A stretch of 64,000 nucleotides of DNA, taken from positions 32,001 to 96,000 of the forward strand of contig CBDCLE010000022.1 of the NCBI GenBank assembly GCA_965218585.1, read 5' to 3'. The stretch is from Terriglobia bacterium (GTDB lineage Bacteria; Acidobacteriota; Terriglobia; 20CM-2-55-15). Position 1 is the first letter of the stretch. Each line of letters opens with the position of its first letter. The notes beneath the pieces are model-generated. The model did no database searches and was not told the DNA's origin. It saw only the letters and a list, made by a program, of their open reading frames with translations. The position numbers were made by a program, and so were the translations under genes. Below are positions 22,819 to 32,996 of the stretch, piece by piece.

Positions 22819-22966
22819 CAATTTACCCTTCTTAAGGGTGAGCCTCTGCCTGGAAACGAGCACGGGCAAGCCCGGCTGGATGCTGTTAGATGAAGCGCGG
22901 AATTTCAGCTCTAGATTCTGGGACAGTGCGAAGGCTTGCGGGGGGGGGCGAGCCTAACAATAGCTG

Positions 22967-23005
22967 TAGCTACTTTCGGGCATGCCTTGCGCCCGAAAGT
23001 AGCTA
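22967..23005. terminator. Perfect 15-bp hairpin just after the NHL gene stop (terminator or REP-like)
   Basis: TAGCTACTTTCGGGC-N9-GCCCGAAAGTAGCTA; no clear U-tract. Confidence 0.5.
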
Positions 23006-23013
23006 AGCCAGTG

Positions 23014-24261
23014 CTAGTCTGAACTCGGCCAGAGGACTCCCTGGTTTCCCTTGGTGACCTGCCCGATCCCCTTGTACACGAACTTCTGGAGTCGTTTGCC
23101 TTCGTAAGTCTCCGTCGTATAGATGTTGCCCTCGGAATCGGTTTCGATGCTGTGCACGGCGAAGAACTGGCCGGGCTGGCGCCCACCGTCGCCGAAGCTC
23201 GTCAGGACTTCCATCGTCTCCCGGAGGAGGATGTACACCTTCATGTTCTGGCCGTCGGCCAGGTAGATGTACTTCTGATCGGCATCCTTCGAAAAAGCGA
23301 TGTCCCACGTCGAACCCTGGTTCAGAGTTTGCGGCGCGATGAATGCTTCCTCCACAAACGTACCGTCTCTTCCGAACACTTGTATCCTGTCGGCGGCACG
23401 GTCGCACACGTATACAAGGCCGTCGGCAGAGACCTTGGCACAATGCACCGGGCCCCGGAACTGTGGTGCCGGGGGCGCATCCGGACTGTAGACGCCCAGG
23501 TCCACGCTGTCGTCCGGCTTGTTGCCGTATGCCCCCCAGTAACGCTTGAACTCGCCCGTGTCGGCGTCGAGAACGACGATGCGTTTGTTGAAGTAGCCGT
23601 CCGATACGTAGGCTTCGTTGGTTTCCGGATCGACGGTGACCTGGGCCACGCGTCCGAAGCTCGCCATGTCGTTGCTGTTCCGGGTCATGACAGACACTTG
23701 CTCACCGTCATCGTTGGTCCGTGTCCCTGTGACGCGGGCGCCGGGCTCTCCGATCTGCAGCAGGAACTTGCCGTCACGGCTGAACTTCAGGATGTGAGCG
23801 TCGTTGCCGCCGTTGCCGCCGATCCAGACGTTGTCCTTGTGGTCGACCCAGATCCCGTGGTTGGATGACGGCCAGTCGTACTCTTCGCTCGGACCGCCGA
23901 AGTAACTCACCAGGTTGCCCTCCGGATCGAACTCGAGGATGTTCGGTGCAGGGATGCAGCACTCGCTGACCGGAGGGTCGGTTGTGGCTCCGATCTCGGT
24001 GCGCTCGGTGAAGGTGGTCCGCCGGTGGATGACCCAGACATGGTCACGCGAATCGACCGTCACACCAATGGTCGAGCCCATGATCCAGTGGTTCGGCAAC
24101 GGCTTTGGCCAAAACGGGTCGACCTCGAACATGGGCGCTTCGACGCCGGCCTGTCTTGCGGCAGCACTTCGTTCGAGCACGACGGCGCCGACCCCCAGCC
24201 CGACCATGAGCGCGAGTAGCGTCACACCGGTAACGAGATTAGGCTTTCGCGTCATTTTCAT
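23014..24261 (-). CDS. Secreted NHL-repeat protein (PAL-like)
   Basis: Signal/TM; FEVDPFWPKPLP, HGIWVDHKDNVWIGGN, YVSDGY.N.R, VHC...S.DGLVYVCDR. Confidence 0.85.
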   Translation of the reverse strand: MKMTRKPNLVTGVTLLALMVGLGVGAVVLERSAAARQAGVEAPMFEVDPFWPKPLPNHWIMGSTIGVTVDSRDHVWVIHRRTTFTERTEIGATTDPPVSECCIPAPNILEFDPEGNLVSYFGGPSEEYDWPSSNHGIWVDHKDNVWIGGNGGNDAHILKFSRDGKFLLQIGEPGARVTGTRTNDDGEQVSVMTRNSNDMASFGRVAQVTVDPETNEAYVSDGYFNKRIVVLDADTGEFKRYWGAYGNKPDDSVDLGVYSPDAPPAPQFRGPVHCAKVSADGLVYVCDRAADRIQVFGRDGTFVEEAFIAPQTLNQGSTWDIAFSKDADQKYIYLADGQNMKVYILLRETMEVLTSFGDGGRQPGQFFAVHSIETDSEGNIYTTETYEGKRLQKFVYKGIGQVTKGNQGVLWPSSD

Positions 24262-24474
24262 CTCCTCTTCCCCCGGTTCACAGGGGTCAGCAGTATAGAA
24301 CTCAGGATCTTCTGTGTGGCGAATTGAGGCGCCAGTATAACGGAAAATTGGGGTAGCGACCATTTTCATCATGCGGCTGCAACGCGGGTCCGAGCGGGGG
24401 CAGAACCGCACAGCGGATCCGACTTTACCGGTGATTTTCGGTTGTCAGCCGCCTCCGCAGCCAACTACTCTACG

Positions 24475-25851
24475 ATGGTGTTCGAGCTACACTCCGGAAC
24501 CCATCAAACGCACCGAACCAGCTGGCACGTCCTCGGTCTGACCCCGGTCCTGGTCTTACTTCTCCTGCCGTCTGCCGCCGCTGCGCATGAGGTTCCCAAT
24601 GACGTAACGGTTCAGGCGTTCGTCCGGCCGGAGGGTGAGCGACTGCGGTTGCTGGTTCGCGTGCCTATAGAGGCACTCGCCGAGGTGGACTGGCCGAGGT
24701 TCGGTCCGGGCTATCTGGACCTTGCGGCTCTCGAATCGGTTCTTGATGACGCCGCAACACTTTTGATTTCTGGCAACCTCGAGTCCTACGAGGATGGCGA
24801 CCCGCTTCCCGAACCCCGCGCTGTTCAATTCCAGGTTTCGATACCCTCCGAGGGTTCCTTTGCGTCTTACGAAGAAGCCCTCGCACACGTCCGCGGACCG
24901 GGATTGCCCGAGGATACGGAACTGTTCTGGGAGTCGGGGATGCTCGACATACTGTTCGAGTATCCCATCCGGTCGGAGCGATCTGATTTCTCGATCGACC
25001 CCAGTTTCGAGCGCCTGGGCTTGCACATACTGACAGAGCTTCGCTTTCTGCCGCCGGACGGCACGGTTCGCGAGTTCGGGCTAGGGGAGCATCCGGGCCG
25101 GGTCCAGCTCGACCCGCGATGGCACGATGTCGCCCTCGGATTCGTCCAGGCGGGATTCGGGCACATCCTGGGCGGGATCGATCACCTGTTGTTCCTGCTG
25201 TGTCTGGTGATCCCATTCCGCCGGTTCGGTCCACTCCTTCTGATCGTCACTTCATTTACCGTCGCACACACGGCAACGCTGATCGCGTCGGCCTTCGGCC
25301 TCGCCCCCGACGCGTTGTGGTTCGCGCCGCTGGTCGAGACGCTGATTGCGATGTCGATCGTGTACATGGCACTGGAGAACATCGTTGGAGCCAAGATCGA
25401 GCGCCGCTGGATGATTACCTTCGTATTCGGACTGATCCATGGACTCGGCTTCTCGCAAGGGTTCGGGGAGACGTTTCAGTTCGCCGGATCCCACCTTCCG
25501 ACGTCACTGCTGTCCTTCAACGTCGGTGTGGAACTGGGGCAGATCCTGGTCCTGTTGCTGGTGATTCCGGCACTGGGCCTGCTCTTTCGCTACGGCGTAG
25601 CCGAGCGCGTCGGGATCGTCGTTCTTTCCGTCCTGGTCGGCCACACGAGCTGGCACTGGATGGTCGAGCGGTGGGGAGAGTTGATCCAGTATCCGATGCC
25701 CGAACCCACCGCCTCAATGCTGGCGAGTGCCATGAGATGGCTGATGCTGATCATTGCACTGGGAGGAGCGGTGTGGCTGTTCTCCGGCGTTCTTCGACAA
25801 TGGATCGGGGTGGGTGGGGAGGACAGGGAAGCGATCGGCGGGCCCGACTAG
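24475..25851 (+). CDS. HupE/UreJ-2 family membrane protein with periplasmic N-domain
   Basis: AAHE after signal; GFGHILGGIDHLLFL, VTSFTVAH, E.LIA.SI, FGLIHGLGF, FNVGVELGQ. Confidence 0.88.
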   Translation: MVFELHSGTHQTHRTSWHVLGLTPVLVLLLLPSAAAAHEVPNDVTVQAFVRPEGERLRLLVRVPIEALAEVDWPRFGPGYLDLAALESVLDDAATLLISGNLESYEDGDPLPEPRAVQFQVSIPSEGSFASYEEALAHVRGPGLPEDTELFWESGMLDILFEYPIRSERSDFSIDPSFERLGLHILTELRFLPPDGTVREFGLGEHPGRVQLDPRWHDVALGFVQAGFGHILGGIDHLLFLLCLVIPFRRFGPLLLIVTSFTVAHTATLIASAFGLAPDALWFAPLVETLIAMSIVYMALENIVGAKIERRWMITFVFGLIHGLGFSQGFGETFQFAGSHLPTSLLSFNVGVELGQILVLLLVIPALGLLFRYGVAERVGIVVLSVLVGHTSWHWMVERWGELIQYPMPEPTASMLASAMRWLMLIIALGGAVWLFSGVLRQWIGVGGEDREAIGGPD

Positions 25852-25861
25852 ATCGGGGCAG

Positions 25862-27064
25862 CTAGCGGGCGACGATCTCCACACCTTCCACGACGTCATC
25901 GCTCGGGTGGACGATTACGGGATCCGATTCGGAGAGGCCTGAAACAACTTCGGCCTCGAGGCCGTTGCGGCGGCCGAGTTCAACCGGACGGAGTACGGCC
26001 ATTCCTTCTGCGACGGAGAACACCGACCAGTCTTCGCCTGTGCGGAAAAGGCTGCTGGTCGGGACCTTGAGAGCATCCCCGGTTTCCCATACAACGATGC
26101 GAACTTCGACGCGATATCCGTCACCGAGGTAGCTGGCGGCCTCTTCCTGGTTGTCGAAATCTATGATGACGTTGACGCGTTGTTCTTCGACACCGAGTGC
26201 GGAGAGCTTGGTAAATCCCGAAGGTTCCACTAAACGAACACGCCCCTCGAGTGTCATCCCACCGCCCCACTGCTCGATCAGAACCCTGTCGCCGTTCCCG
26301 ATTTGAACCGCATCGGCCGAGAGCAGGTCCGAAACGATTTCTATCTGTGAAGTATCTCCGATTTCTACTAGAGGTTCGCCCGAGGGCACGACGGCTTCGC
26401 TTTCCCTGAGGCGACGGAGGACGACGCCGTTGATCGGGGACCGAATCGTAATCGGCTCTCCGCTTTCACTGGAGGCGATGTCTTCGACCGCGCTCACGAG
26501 ACTGGCTTGGGCCACCTCGACCGCACGTTCTGCGTCACGGATTTCCAATTCCGCCGTGTCGTAAGCCTCTCTCTGTCTGCGCGCTTCAAATTCGGCGGTG
26601 TCGAAGCTTTCTCTGGAAATCAGCCCCTCCTCAAGTAACTCCCCGTAGCGTTCCAACTGAGATTCGGCAAAGTCACGCTCTTCTCTGACGCGATCCAGAT
26701 TTGCGGTGACGCGATCGACTGCGGCCTCGGCTGCGCGAACCCGTGCTTCGGCTTCGGTCTGGCTTCGAACGTCGAGAAAAGCAGGTCCGGTGGGAAGGAA
26801 CGTCGCCACCGGCGTGCGGCCGGCCGCCACGGTGTCACCGGGTTCGAGGTTGATCCTGAGGATACGGCCTGCCAGTGGTGCGGATACGACAAAGCGATCG
26901 CGGATTCGGGTCTCGCCCTCTTCATCGATCGTGACCTGCATAGGGCCGCGGACAACCTGATCGAAATCCACTCCTACCGGCTGCGGGCGGAATGCGTACA
27001 CGAACGCTCCGACTATTGCCGCCAGAAGCAGAAGAAACAACACGCGTGTGAGAAAGCGTCTCAT
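25862..27064 (-). CDS. HlyD/efflux periplasmic adaptor
   Basis: TM anchor, EEGETRIRDRFVVSAP, coiled coil, EPSGFTKLSALGVEEQRV. Confidence 0.9.
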   Translation of the reverse strand: MRRFLTRVLFLLLLAAIVGAFVYAFRPQPVGVDFDQVVRGPMQVTIDEEGETRIRDRFVVSAPLAGRILRINLEPGDTVAAGRTPVATFLPTGPAFLDVRSQTEAEARVRAAEAAVDRVTANLDRVREERDFAESQLERYGELLEEGLISRESFDTAEFEARRQREAYDTAELEIRDAERAVEVAQASLVSAVEDIASSESGEPITIRSPINGVVLRRLRESEAVVPSGEPLVEIGDTSQIEIVSDLLSADAVQIGNGDRVLIEQWGGGMTLEGRVRLVEPSGFTKLSALGVEEQRVNVIIDFDNQEEAASYLGDGYRVEVRIVVWETGDALKVPTSSLFRTGEDWSVFSVAEGMAVLRPVELGRRNGLEAEVVSGLSESDPVIVHPSDDVVEGVEIVAR

Positions 27065-27076
27065 GGTTTAGTGTCT

Positions 27077-27250
27077 AGTGTCCTTTCACTCCCGTAGCGT
27101 TGCGCTCGAACCCTTGGGCCGATGGGGGTTGCTGTCGATGTCTTTGTCACTCGTTGGTCACGATGAAAAAGCATCGTTCCCTCCTCACTCCTCGATCTCG
27201 CCTGGCAAGACCCATCGGCGAGTGTGACGCTACTGGGGTGACAGGACACT
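27077..27250. mobile_element. MITE-like 174-bp element with long terminal inverted repeats
   Basis: AGTGTCCTTTCACTCCCGTAGCGTTGCGCTCG ... CGAGTGTGACGCTACTGGGGTGACAGGACACT; lies at the permease stop codon inside an operon. Confidence 0.65.
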
Positions 27251-29616
27251 TACTCTCTCGTCTTCAGGACTCCGACCAGATCCAGCCGGTTCAGCCGGCG
27301 CCGGACGACGAGGCACGATACGATCGCCGAAACGATCACCCCGGCGGCGGCTGTAGCAAACGTTCGGGTCCCGACGACCAGCGGGAGCCGGTAGAGTTCG
27401 GTGTTGCCCACGGTAGCGACCGTCAGAGCCGCGAGCCCGTACCCGATCACGAGGCCCAGCGGTATGGCGATGGCCGTCAGAATCGCGAACTCTCCTAATA
27501 GGATGTACGAAATTTCTCCCCTTGTGAAGCCCATCACGCGCAGGCTGGCCAGTTCCCAGCCCCGTTCGGAAAGCGATATCCGGGCCGCGTTGTAGATCAC
27601 ACCGATCGCTATGATGCTGGAGAAGATCTGGTTGAAGAAAACGATCAGGCCCATATTCTGTTCGATCGTGTCTTTGAAGCTCTGTATGGCCGCGTCCTTG
27701 AGGGCGACGACGACGACGGCGGGTGTCGCCTTTAAGCGGGAGTAGAGTCCATCGAGACCCGCGGAATCGATCTGAATATAGGCGCCCGAGAGCACCTGTC
27801 CTTCCCGCATCAATCGTCGCAGCGCCCCGATTTCCATGTAAGCGGAAGTTCCCATGAATTCATCGACCACTTCGGTCACGACCACGTCACGGACCGGCCT
27901 TCCTCCCTCCATGACCTCCATCTGCAGGGTATCGCCCTGGGCTGCGCCAAGGATCTGGGCCAGCGTCGTCGACAGAACGAGCCCCTCGGGCGGCAGAAGA
28001 ATCTGTTCCAGATCCGAACCGATGACGCGATTGAGTTCGGCCCCTTCCGTCAGGCCGGTGATGGCGGTTTGACGCACACGATGCTCGAACCTGAGCCGGG
28101 CGGGGACCGACCGCATCGGTTCCAGATTCATGACGCCGTCCAGGCTGGCCAACTCGTAGAGGGCCCCGGGCGAAGCCGGTTCCACGAAAGACACGGCCAG
28201 ATCGTGGCGCTGGGCGATGTTGAACTGAACGTTCATCGCATACGACATCGCGTCCAGAAAGAACATGCCGACGATCATCATGGCCGCACCGAACGCGATG
28301 CCGATGCTCGTTAACGCTGACCGGATGGGCCGGCGCGAGATGTTCCGGATGATCATCCGCGTGGCCGGAGCAACCCATCTTCCAAGGAAGACACGCTCGA
28401 TCCAGCTTACGCGATAGCGTGTCGGAGCCTCGGGTCGCATGGCTTCAGCCGGGGGCAGGTTGACCGCCTCCCTCACGGCGCCTCGTGCTCCAAGCAGTGC
28501 TGAGGTAAGGCTCACAAGTACAGCCACCGCGATAACATTGGGTGAAATCTGAAACTCCAGAATAGGGAAGCGGAAGAATTCGTTGTAGAGCACCAGCATG
28601 CTGGATGCCAGCCACGTCCCGGCCGCCAGACCGAGGGCGATCCCGATTGACGCGACTAGAAGGCTCCACTGGTAGTAGTGCAGACCGACTTCAAAGTTCG
28701 TGTATCCCAGTGCCTTCAGGGCCGCGATCTGCTCGCGCTGGACTGCAACAATGCGGCTCAGCACGACGTTGAGGAGAAACGCGGCCACAGCGAGAAATAT
28801 GATCGGTATGATCGTGCCGAAACTCTGGAGCTGGGTCAGTTCGTTGTTCAAATACCAGTGCGACAGTTGGAGCGAGCGCGGAATCGCACCCAATCCGCCG
28901 TAACGTTCCAGAATTCTGTCCAGAGCGGCGATCGCGTCATCTTCGGAAGCGCCCGCCATCATCCTCAGGGCGACGTCGTTGAAACCGCCCTCCATGTCGA
29001 AAGCAGCGGCCAGTTCCTGGCGGTTCATCCAGAGGATGCCGTAGCGTGCGTCGTCGGGCATGATATCGCCCGGCCGGATCGTGTAAAGAAACTCCGGGGA
29101 GAGCGCGATGCCTGAGATTTCCAGAGACCTGCAGCGTCCGTTGATGACCGCTCGGATCTCATCGCCCGGTTCGAGGTCGTGGGCGAGTGCGAATCCTTCG
29201 TTTACAAGGATCTCGTTCCGCCGTGTGGCGTCGGGGTAACGTCCGAGCCGGAGGAAGACGTCGTTCAGTGTGGCCCGCTGACGCGCGGGAATCGAAACCA
29301 GACGAGCGATGGCGGGCTCGGCCATGCCTTCCATGTCGAGCGTGACGCTCGCGCTGACGCGCAACTCCGCGTCGGCGACTCCCGGAATCTGTCGGATCCG
29401 GTCTTCCAGATACAGCGGCGCCCGCTTGAGTGACGCGAAAACGTCTGCGAATCGATACTGATCGTAGTAGGCCGATTGCGTCAGTCGAAGAGAATCGAAC
29501 GTGCCCAGGTACATCACATACACGCACACCGCTGCTGCGATCACCAGGCTGATAGCCAGTACCTGGCCCTTGATGTTCCAGAGGTCCCGAATCAGTTTGC
29601 GGTTGATGGCTCGCAC
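27250..29616 (-). CDS. FtsX/MacB-like duplicated ABC permease
   Basis: Two FtsX repeats: [13 protein letters not shown] and [12 protein letters not shown]. Confidence 0.9.
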   Translation of the reverse strand: MRAINRKLIRDLWNIKGQVLAISLVIAAAVCVYVMYLGTFDSLRLTQSAYYDQYRFADVFASLKRAPLYLEDRIRQIPGVADAELRVSASVTLDMEGMAEPAIARLVSIPARQRATLNDVFLRLGRYPDATRRNEILVNEGFALAHDLEPGDEIRAVINGRCRSLEISGIALSPEFLYTIRPGDIMPDDARYGILWMNRQELAAAFDMEGGFNDVALRMMAGASEDDAIAALDRILERYGGLGAIPRSLQLSHWYLNNELTQLQSFGTIIPIIFLAVAAFLLNVVLSRIVAVQREQIAALKALGYTNFEVGLHYYQWSLLVASIGIALGLAAGTWLASSMLVLYNEFFRFPILEFQISPNVIAVAVLVSLTSALLGARGAVREAVNLPPAEAMRPEAPTRYRVSWIERVFLGRWVAPATRMIIRNISRRPIRSALTSIGIAFGAAMMIVGMFFLDAMSYAMNVQFNIAQRHDLAVSFVEPASPGALYELASLDGVMNLEPMRSVPARLRFEHRVRQTAITGLTEGAELNRVIGSDLEQILLPPEGLVLSTTLAQILGAAQGDTLQMEVMEGGRPVRDVVVTEVVDEFMGTSAYMEIGALRRLMREGQVLSGAYIQIDSAGLDGLYSRLKATPAVVVVALKDAAIQSFKDTIEQNMGLIVFFNQIFSSIIAIGVIYNAARISLSERGWELASLRVMGFTRGEISYILLGEFAILTAIAIPLGLVIGYGLAALTVATVGNTELYRLPLVVGTRTFATAAAGVIVSAIVSCLVVRRRLNRLDLVGVLKTRE

Positions 29617-29621
29617 GGTTC

Positions 29622-30374
29622 TTACCAGCTCAATTCAGATGGCATCTGCCTGGTTTCATTCTCGCGGATGTCGCTGATCCTTCCGTCTGCCAGAAAGACG
29701 ACGCGATCGGCAATGTCGGCGATGGCGGCGTTGTGAGTAATGACGGCTGTGGTGGTGCCCAACTCGCGGTTCACGCGGGCGATGGCTTCCAGGACGACGA
29801 TGCCTGTCTTGATGTCGAGAGCCCCGGTCGGTTCGTCACACAGCAGGACATCGGGACCCTTGGCAATAGCGCGGGCGATGGCAACCCGCTGTTGTTCTCC
29901 ACCGGAGAGTTGAGAGGGGAAGTGGTCGGCCCGGTCGGCGAGATCTACGCGTTGGAGAGCCTCTTCGGGCGTCAGAGGGTCTTCTCCGATGTCGGTGACC
30001 AGGGCGACGTTTTCCTTCGCTGTCAGGCTGGGGATCAGGTTGTAGAACTGAAAAACGAAACCGACGTGGCGCCGCCGGTAGTCTGTCAACTTGCCCTCTC
30101 CGGCAGTGGTCAGGTTGCGCTCCCTGTAGATGACCTCGCCCGCGGTGGGAACGTCCAGCCCACCGAGAATGTTCAGCAGCGTGGATTTTCCACTGCCCGA
30201 GGGCCCGAGCAACACGATGAATTCGGATTCGTAGAGAGAAAGATCGATGCCCCTGAGGGCGTGGACCTCGACGTCACCCATGGGGTAGACCTTCGTGACG
30301 TCCCGGGTCTGGAAAACGACGTCGGGCCGAGCGTCGGCGGGATCCAATTCGACCGTGTGTGGTTGGCGGCTCAT
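29622..30374 (-). CDS. ABC ATP-binding protein (LolD/MacB type)
   Basis: [32 protein letters not shown]. Confidence 0.93.
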   Translation of the reverse strand: MSRQPHTVELDPADARPDVVFQTRDVTKVYPMGDVEVHALRGIDLSLYESEFIVLLGPSGSGKSTLLNILGGLDVPTAGEVIYRERNLTTAGEGKLTDYRRRHVGFVFQFYNLIPSLTAKENVALVTDIGEDPLTPEEALQRVDLADRADHFPSQLSGGEQQRVAIARAIAKGPDVLLCDEPTGALDIKTGIVVLEAIARVNRELGTTTAVITHNAAIADIADRVVFLADGRISDIRENETRQMPSELSW

Positions 30375-30426
30375 CAGTAGCGTCCTCTACCTTAGAGTAC
30401 CCGCGTTTCGTCACCCAGAACAAGAG

Positions 30427-30479
30427 CCTGCAGGTGCGCACAAACACAGGGACGTGCGGTCATAGACCGCACCTACAGG
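30427..30479. repeat. GTAG-type REP / REPIN-like element overlapping copA stop
   Basis: Minus strand GTAG-GTGCGGTC-TAT-GACCGCAC; outer IR CCTGCAGGTGCG / CGCACCTACAGG. Confidence 0.55.
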
Positions 30480-32872
30480 GTCAATCGCCTGAGACGCAAC
30501 GCGTTGGTAATGACCGACACCGAACTGAAAGTCATCGCGGCGCTTGCAATGATGGGGCTCAGGAGAATTCCGAAGAACGGGTACAGCGCACCGGCGGCGA
30601 CGGGAACACCGAGGGAGTTGTAAATGAAGGCAAAGAAAAGATTCTGCCGGATGTTACCCATCGTGCCGCGGCTGAGTCGCCGGGCACGGACGATACCTTT
30701 GAGGTCGCCCTTGATCAGAGTGACATCGGCATTCTCTATGGCGACATCGGTTCCGTGGCCCATCGCAATGCCGACGTTTGCCTGGGCCAGGGCCGGAGCA
30801 TCGTTGATTCCGTCTCCAGCCATTGCGACGATGCTTCCTGATCCCTGCAACCCCCGAACGGTTTGGTGCTTCATTTCGGGGAGGACTTCAGCCCGTACAT
30901 CTTCGATGCCGAGTTTTCGACCCACGGCTTCGGCTGTGGCCTGACTGTCGCCGGTCAGCATGACGACCTTCACGCCTTCCTCGCTCAGGGAACGGATGGC
31001 ATCCTCTGTCGTTTCTTTGATGGGATCGGCAACAGCGATCAGGCCCGCCGGGACGTTGTCCACGGCGAGAAGAACAACCGTAGATCCATTCTTGCGAAGA
31101 GGTGCCGCATCTGCGGGCAAAGATCCAGGATCGATGTTTCGGTTCTCGAGCAGCGTGGAATTTCCCAGAGTGACGTTATATTGGCCGGCGACACCGATGA
31201 CACCTTTGCCCGTAACGGATCGGAACTTTTCGGCAGGTTTGAAGTCCAGGCCGCGCTTGCGTGCTTCCGACACGATGGCGTCCGCCAGCGGATGCTCGCT
31301 GACCGACTCGATGCTTGCGGCTATCTCGAGTACCTGGTTTTCCGTCCATGGAGGGACGGCCCGGACTGCTTCAACGCGCGGTTTGCCTTCCGTTAGAGTT
31401 CCGGTTTTATCGACGACGAGCGTGTCGACTTTCTCCAGAACTTCGAGCACCTCGGCGTTCTTTATCAGAACACCTGCAGTGGCTCCCCGCCCGGTACCGA
31501 CCATGATCGACATCGGTGTCGCCAGACCCAGTGCGCATGGGCACGCGATGATGAGCACGGCGATCGCGTTGACCAAGGCGAACGCCATCTTCGGGTCGGG
31601 CCCGATCAAGGCCCAGATCACAAACGTCCCGACAGCGATCATTACGACAGCGGGAACAAAATAACCCGCCACCACGTCGGCGAGGCGTTGGATGGGGGCC
31701 CGGCTGCGCTGCGCTTCACTGACCATCTTTACGATCTGCGCCAGCATGGTGTCCCGGCTGACCTTTTCAGCAAACATTACGAAGGTGCCCGTGCCGTTGA
31801 CCGTTCCGCCTGTGACCGGCGAATCGGTTTCCTTCTCTATCGGGACGGGTTCTCCAGTGATCATCGATTCATCGACACTCGACCGTCCTTCTTCGATTCG
31901 GCCGTCGACCGGGATCTTTTCTCCCGGCCGCACGCGGAGGCGGTCACCGACATGAACCTGATCCAGAGGAATGTCTTCCTCTACCCCCCGGTCTCCCAGC
32001 CGGCGGGCTGTGGCCGGTGCCAGCCCCAGCAGCGCCCGGATGGCGTTGCTGGTCCGGCTGCGCGCCCGAAGCTCCAGGACCTGTCCCAGCAGGACGAGAA
32101 CGGTTATCGAGGCGGCAGCCTCGAAGTAAACCAGCACTTCCCCGTCACTCCCTCTGAAGGAAGCCGGGAACATGCCCGGAACAACCGTCGCCAGAGCGCT
32201 GTAGGCATATGCAGTCCCGGTCCCGATCCCGATCAGCGTGAACATATTGAGATTTCGTGTTCGGACCGACACCCATGCGCGCCGAAAGAAGGGCCATCCA
32301 CCCCAGAGGACGACCGGAGTCGCCAGCAACAACTGGACCCAATTGAGTGTGAGTGCGGAGATCGCTGAAATCGGATTGCCCCCGATCATGTGTGTCATCG
32401 CCAGAAACAGCAGGGGAACCGTCAGCGCGAGACCGAACTTGAACCGGCACTCCATGTCCTCGAGTTCCGGATTGGGTTCTTCCAGAGAAACGGTTCGGGC
32501 TTCGAGCGCCATACCGCATTTCGGGCACGCACCGGGTACGGCCTGGATAACCTCCGGGTGCATCGGACATGTGTATTCAACCCTGGGCGGGGCAAAATCC
32601 AATTCCAGCGGCTCGAGTGCCATGCCGCATTTGGGACACGGTCCCGGACCCTGCTGCCGGACTTCCGGATCCATCGGGCAGGTGTAGATCGCCTTCGAAT
32701 CCGCCGGGGAAGGTGATTTCGGGATGGGTTTCCGCTTGAGGTAGGTCTCGGGCGCGTCCAGGAACCGATCTCCGCAGTGAGTGGAGCAGAAATAATAAAC
32801 GGTCCCGGCGTGTGCGTGCTTGGCAGCGGCGGAGAGCTCGTCGACCTGCATGTTGCAGACAGGGTCTTTCAC
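30473..32872 (-). CDS. copA: Cu(I)-exporting P1B ATPase with YHS and two heavy-metal-binding domains
   Basis: KDPVC..YFCS..C, YTCPM(D/H)P...CPKCGM twice, [21 protein letters not shown]. Confidence 0.93.
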   Translation of the reverse strand: MKDPVCNMQVDELSAAAKHAHAGTVYYFCSTHCGDRFLDAPETYLKRKPIPKSPSPADSKAIYTCPMDPEVRQQGPGPCPKCGMALEPLELDFAPPRVEYTCPMHPEVIQAVPGACPKCGMALEARTVSLEEPNPELEDMECRFKFGLALTVPLLFLAMTHMIGGNPISAISALTLNWVQLLLATPVVLWGGWPFFRRAWVSVRTRNLNMFTLIGIGTGTAYAYSALATVVPGMFPASFRGSDGEVLVYFEAAASITVLVLLGQVLELRARSRTSNAIRALLGLAPATARRLGDRGVEEDIPLDQVHVGDRLRVRPGEKIPVDGRIEEGRSSVDESMITGEPVPIEKETDSPVTGGTVNGTGTFVMFAEKVSRDTMLAQIVKMVSEAQRSRAPIQRLADVVAGYFVPAVVMIAVGTFVIWALIGPDPKMAFALVNAIAVLIIACPCALGLATPMSIMVGTGRGATAGVLIKNAEVLEVLEKVDTLVVDKTGTLTEGKPRVEAVRAVPPWTENQVLEIAASIESVSEHPLADAIVSEARKRGLDFKPAEKFRSVTGKGVIGVAGQYNVTLGNSTLLENRNIDPGSLPADAAPLRKNGSTVVLLAVDNVPAGLIAVADPIKETTEDAIRSLSEEGVKVVMLTGDSQATAEAVGRKLGIEDVRAEVLPEMKHQTVRGLQGSGSIVAMAGDGINDAPALAQANVGIAMGHGTDVAIENADVTLIKGDLKGIVRARRLSRGTMGNIRQNLFFAFIYNSLGVPVAAGALYPFFGILLSPIIASAAMTFSSVSVITNALRLRRLTL

Positions 32873-32952
32873 ATCTCTATCTTAACCTGTAAACAGACGG
32901 TCTCTTGGCCCGGACAGAGCGACCACAATAGGCCCAAGCGGACCTCCAAAAA

Positions 32953-32979
32953 CCTCCGCGTCTTTGCGCCTTTGCGGTT
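32953..32979. repeat. 9-nt-period short repeat (CTTTGCG type)
   Basis: CCTCCGCGTCTTTGCGCCTTTGCGGTT after acnA; related string at 63597-63624 after rho. Confidence 0.45.
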
Positions 32980-32996
32980 CATCCCTTCGGATTTCA

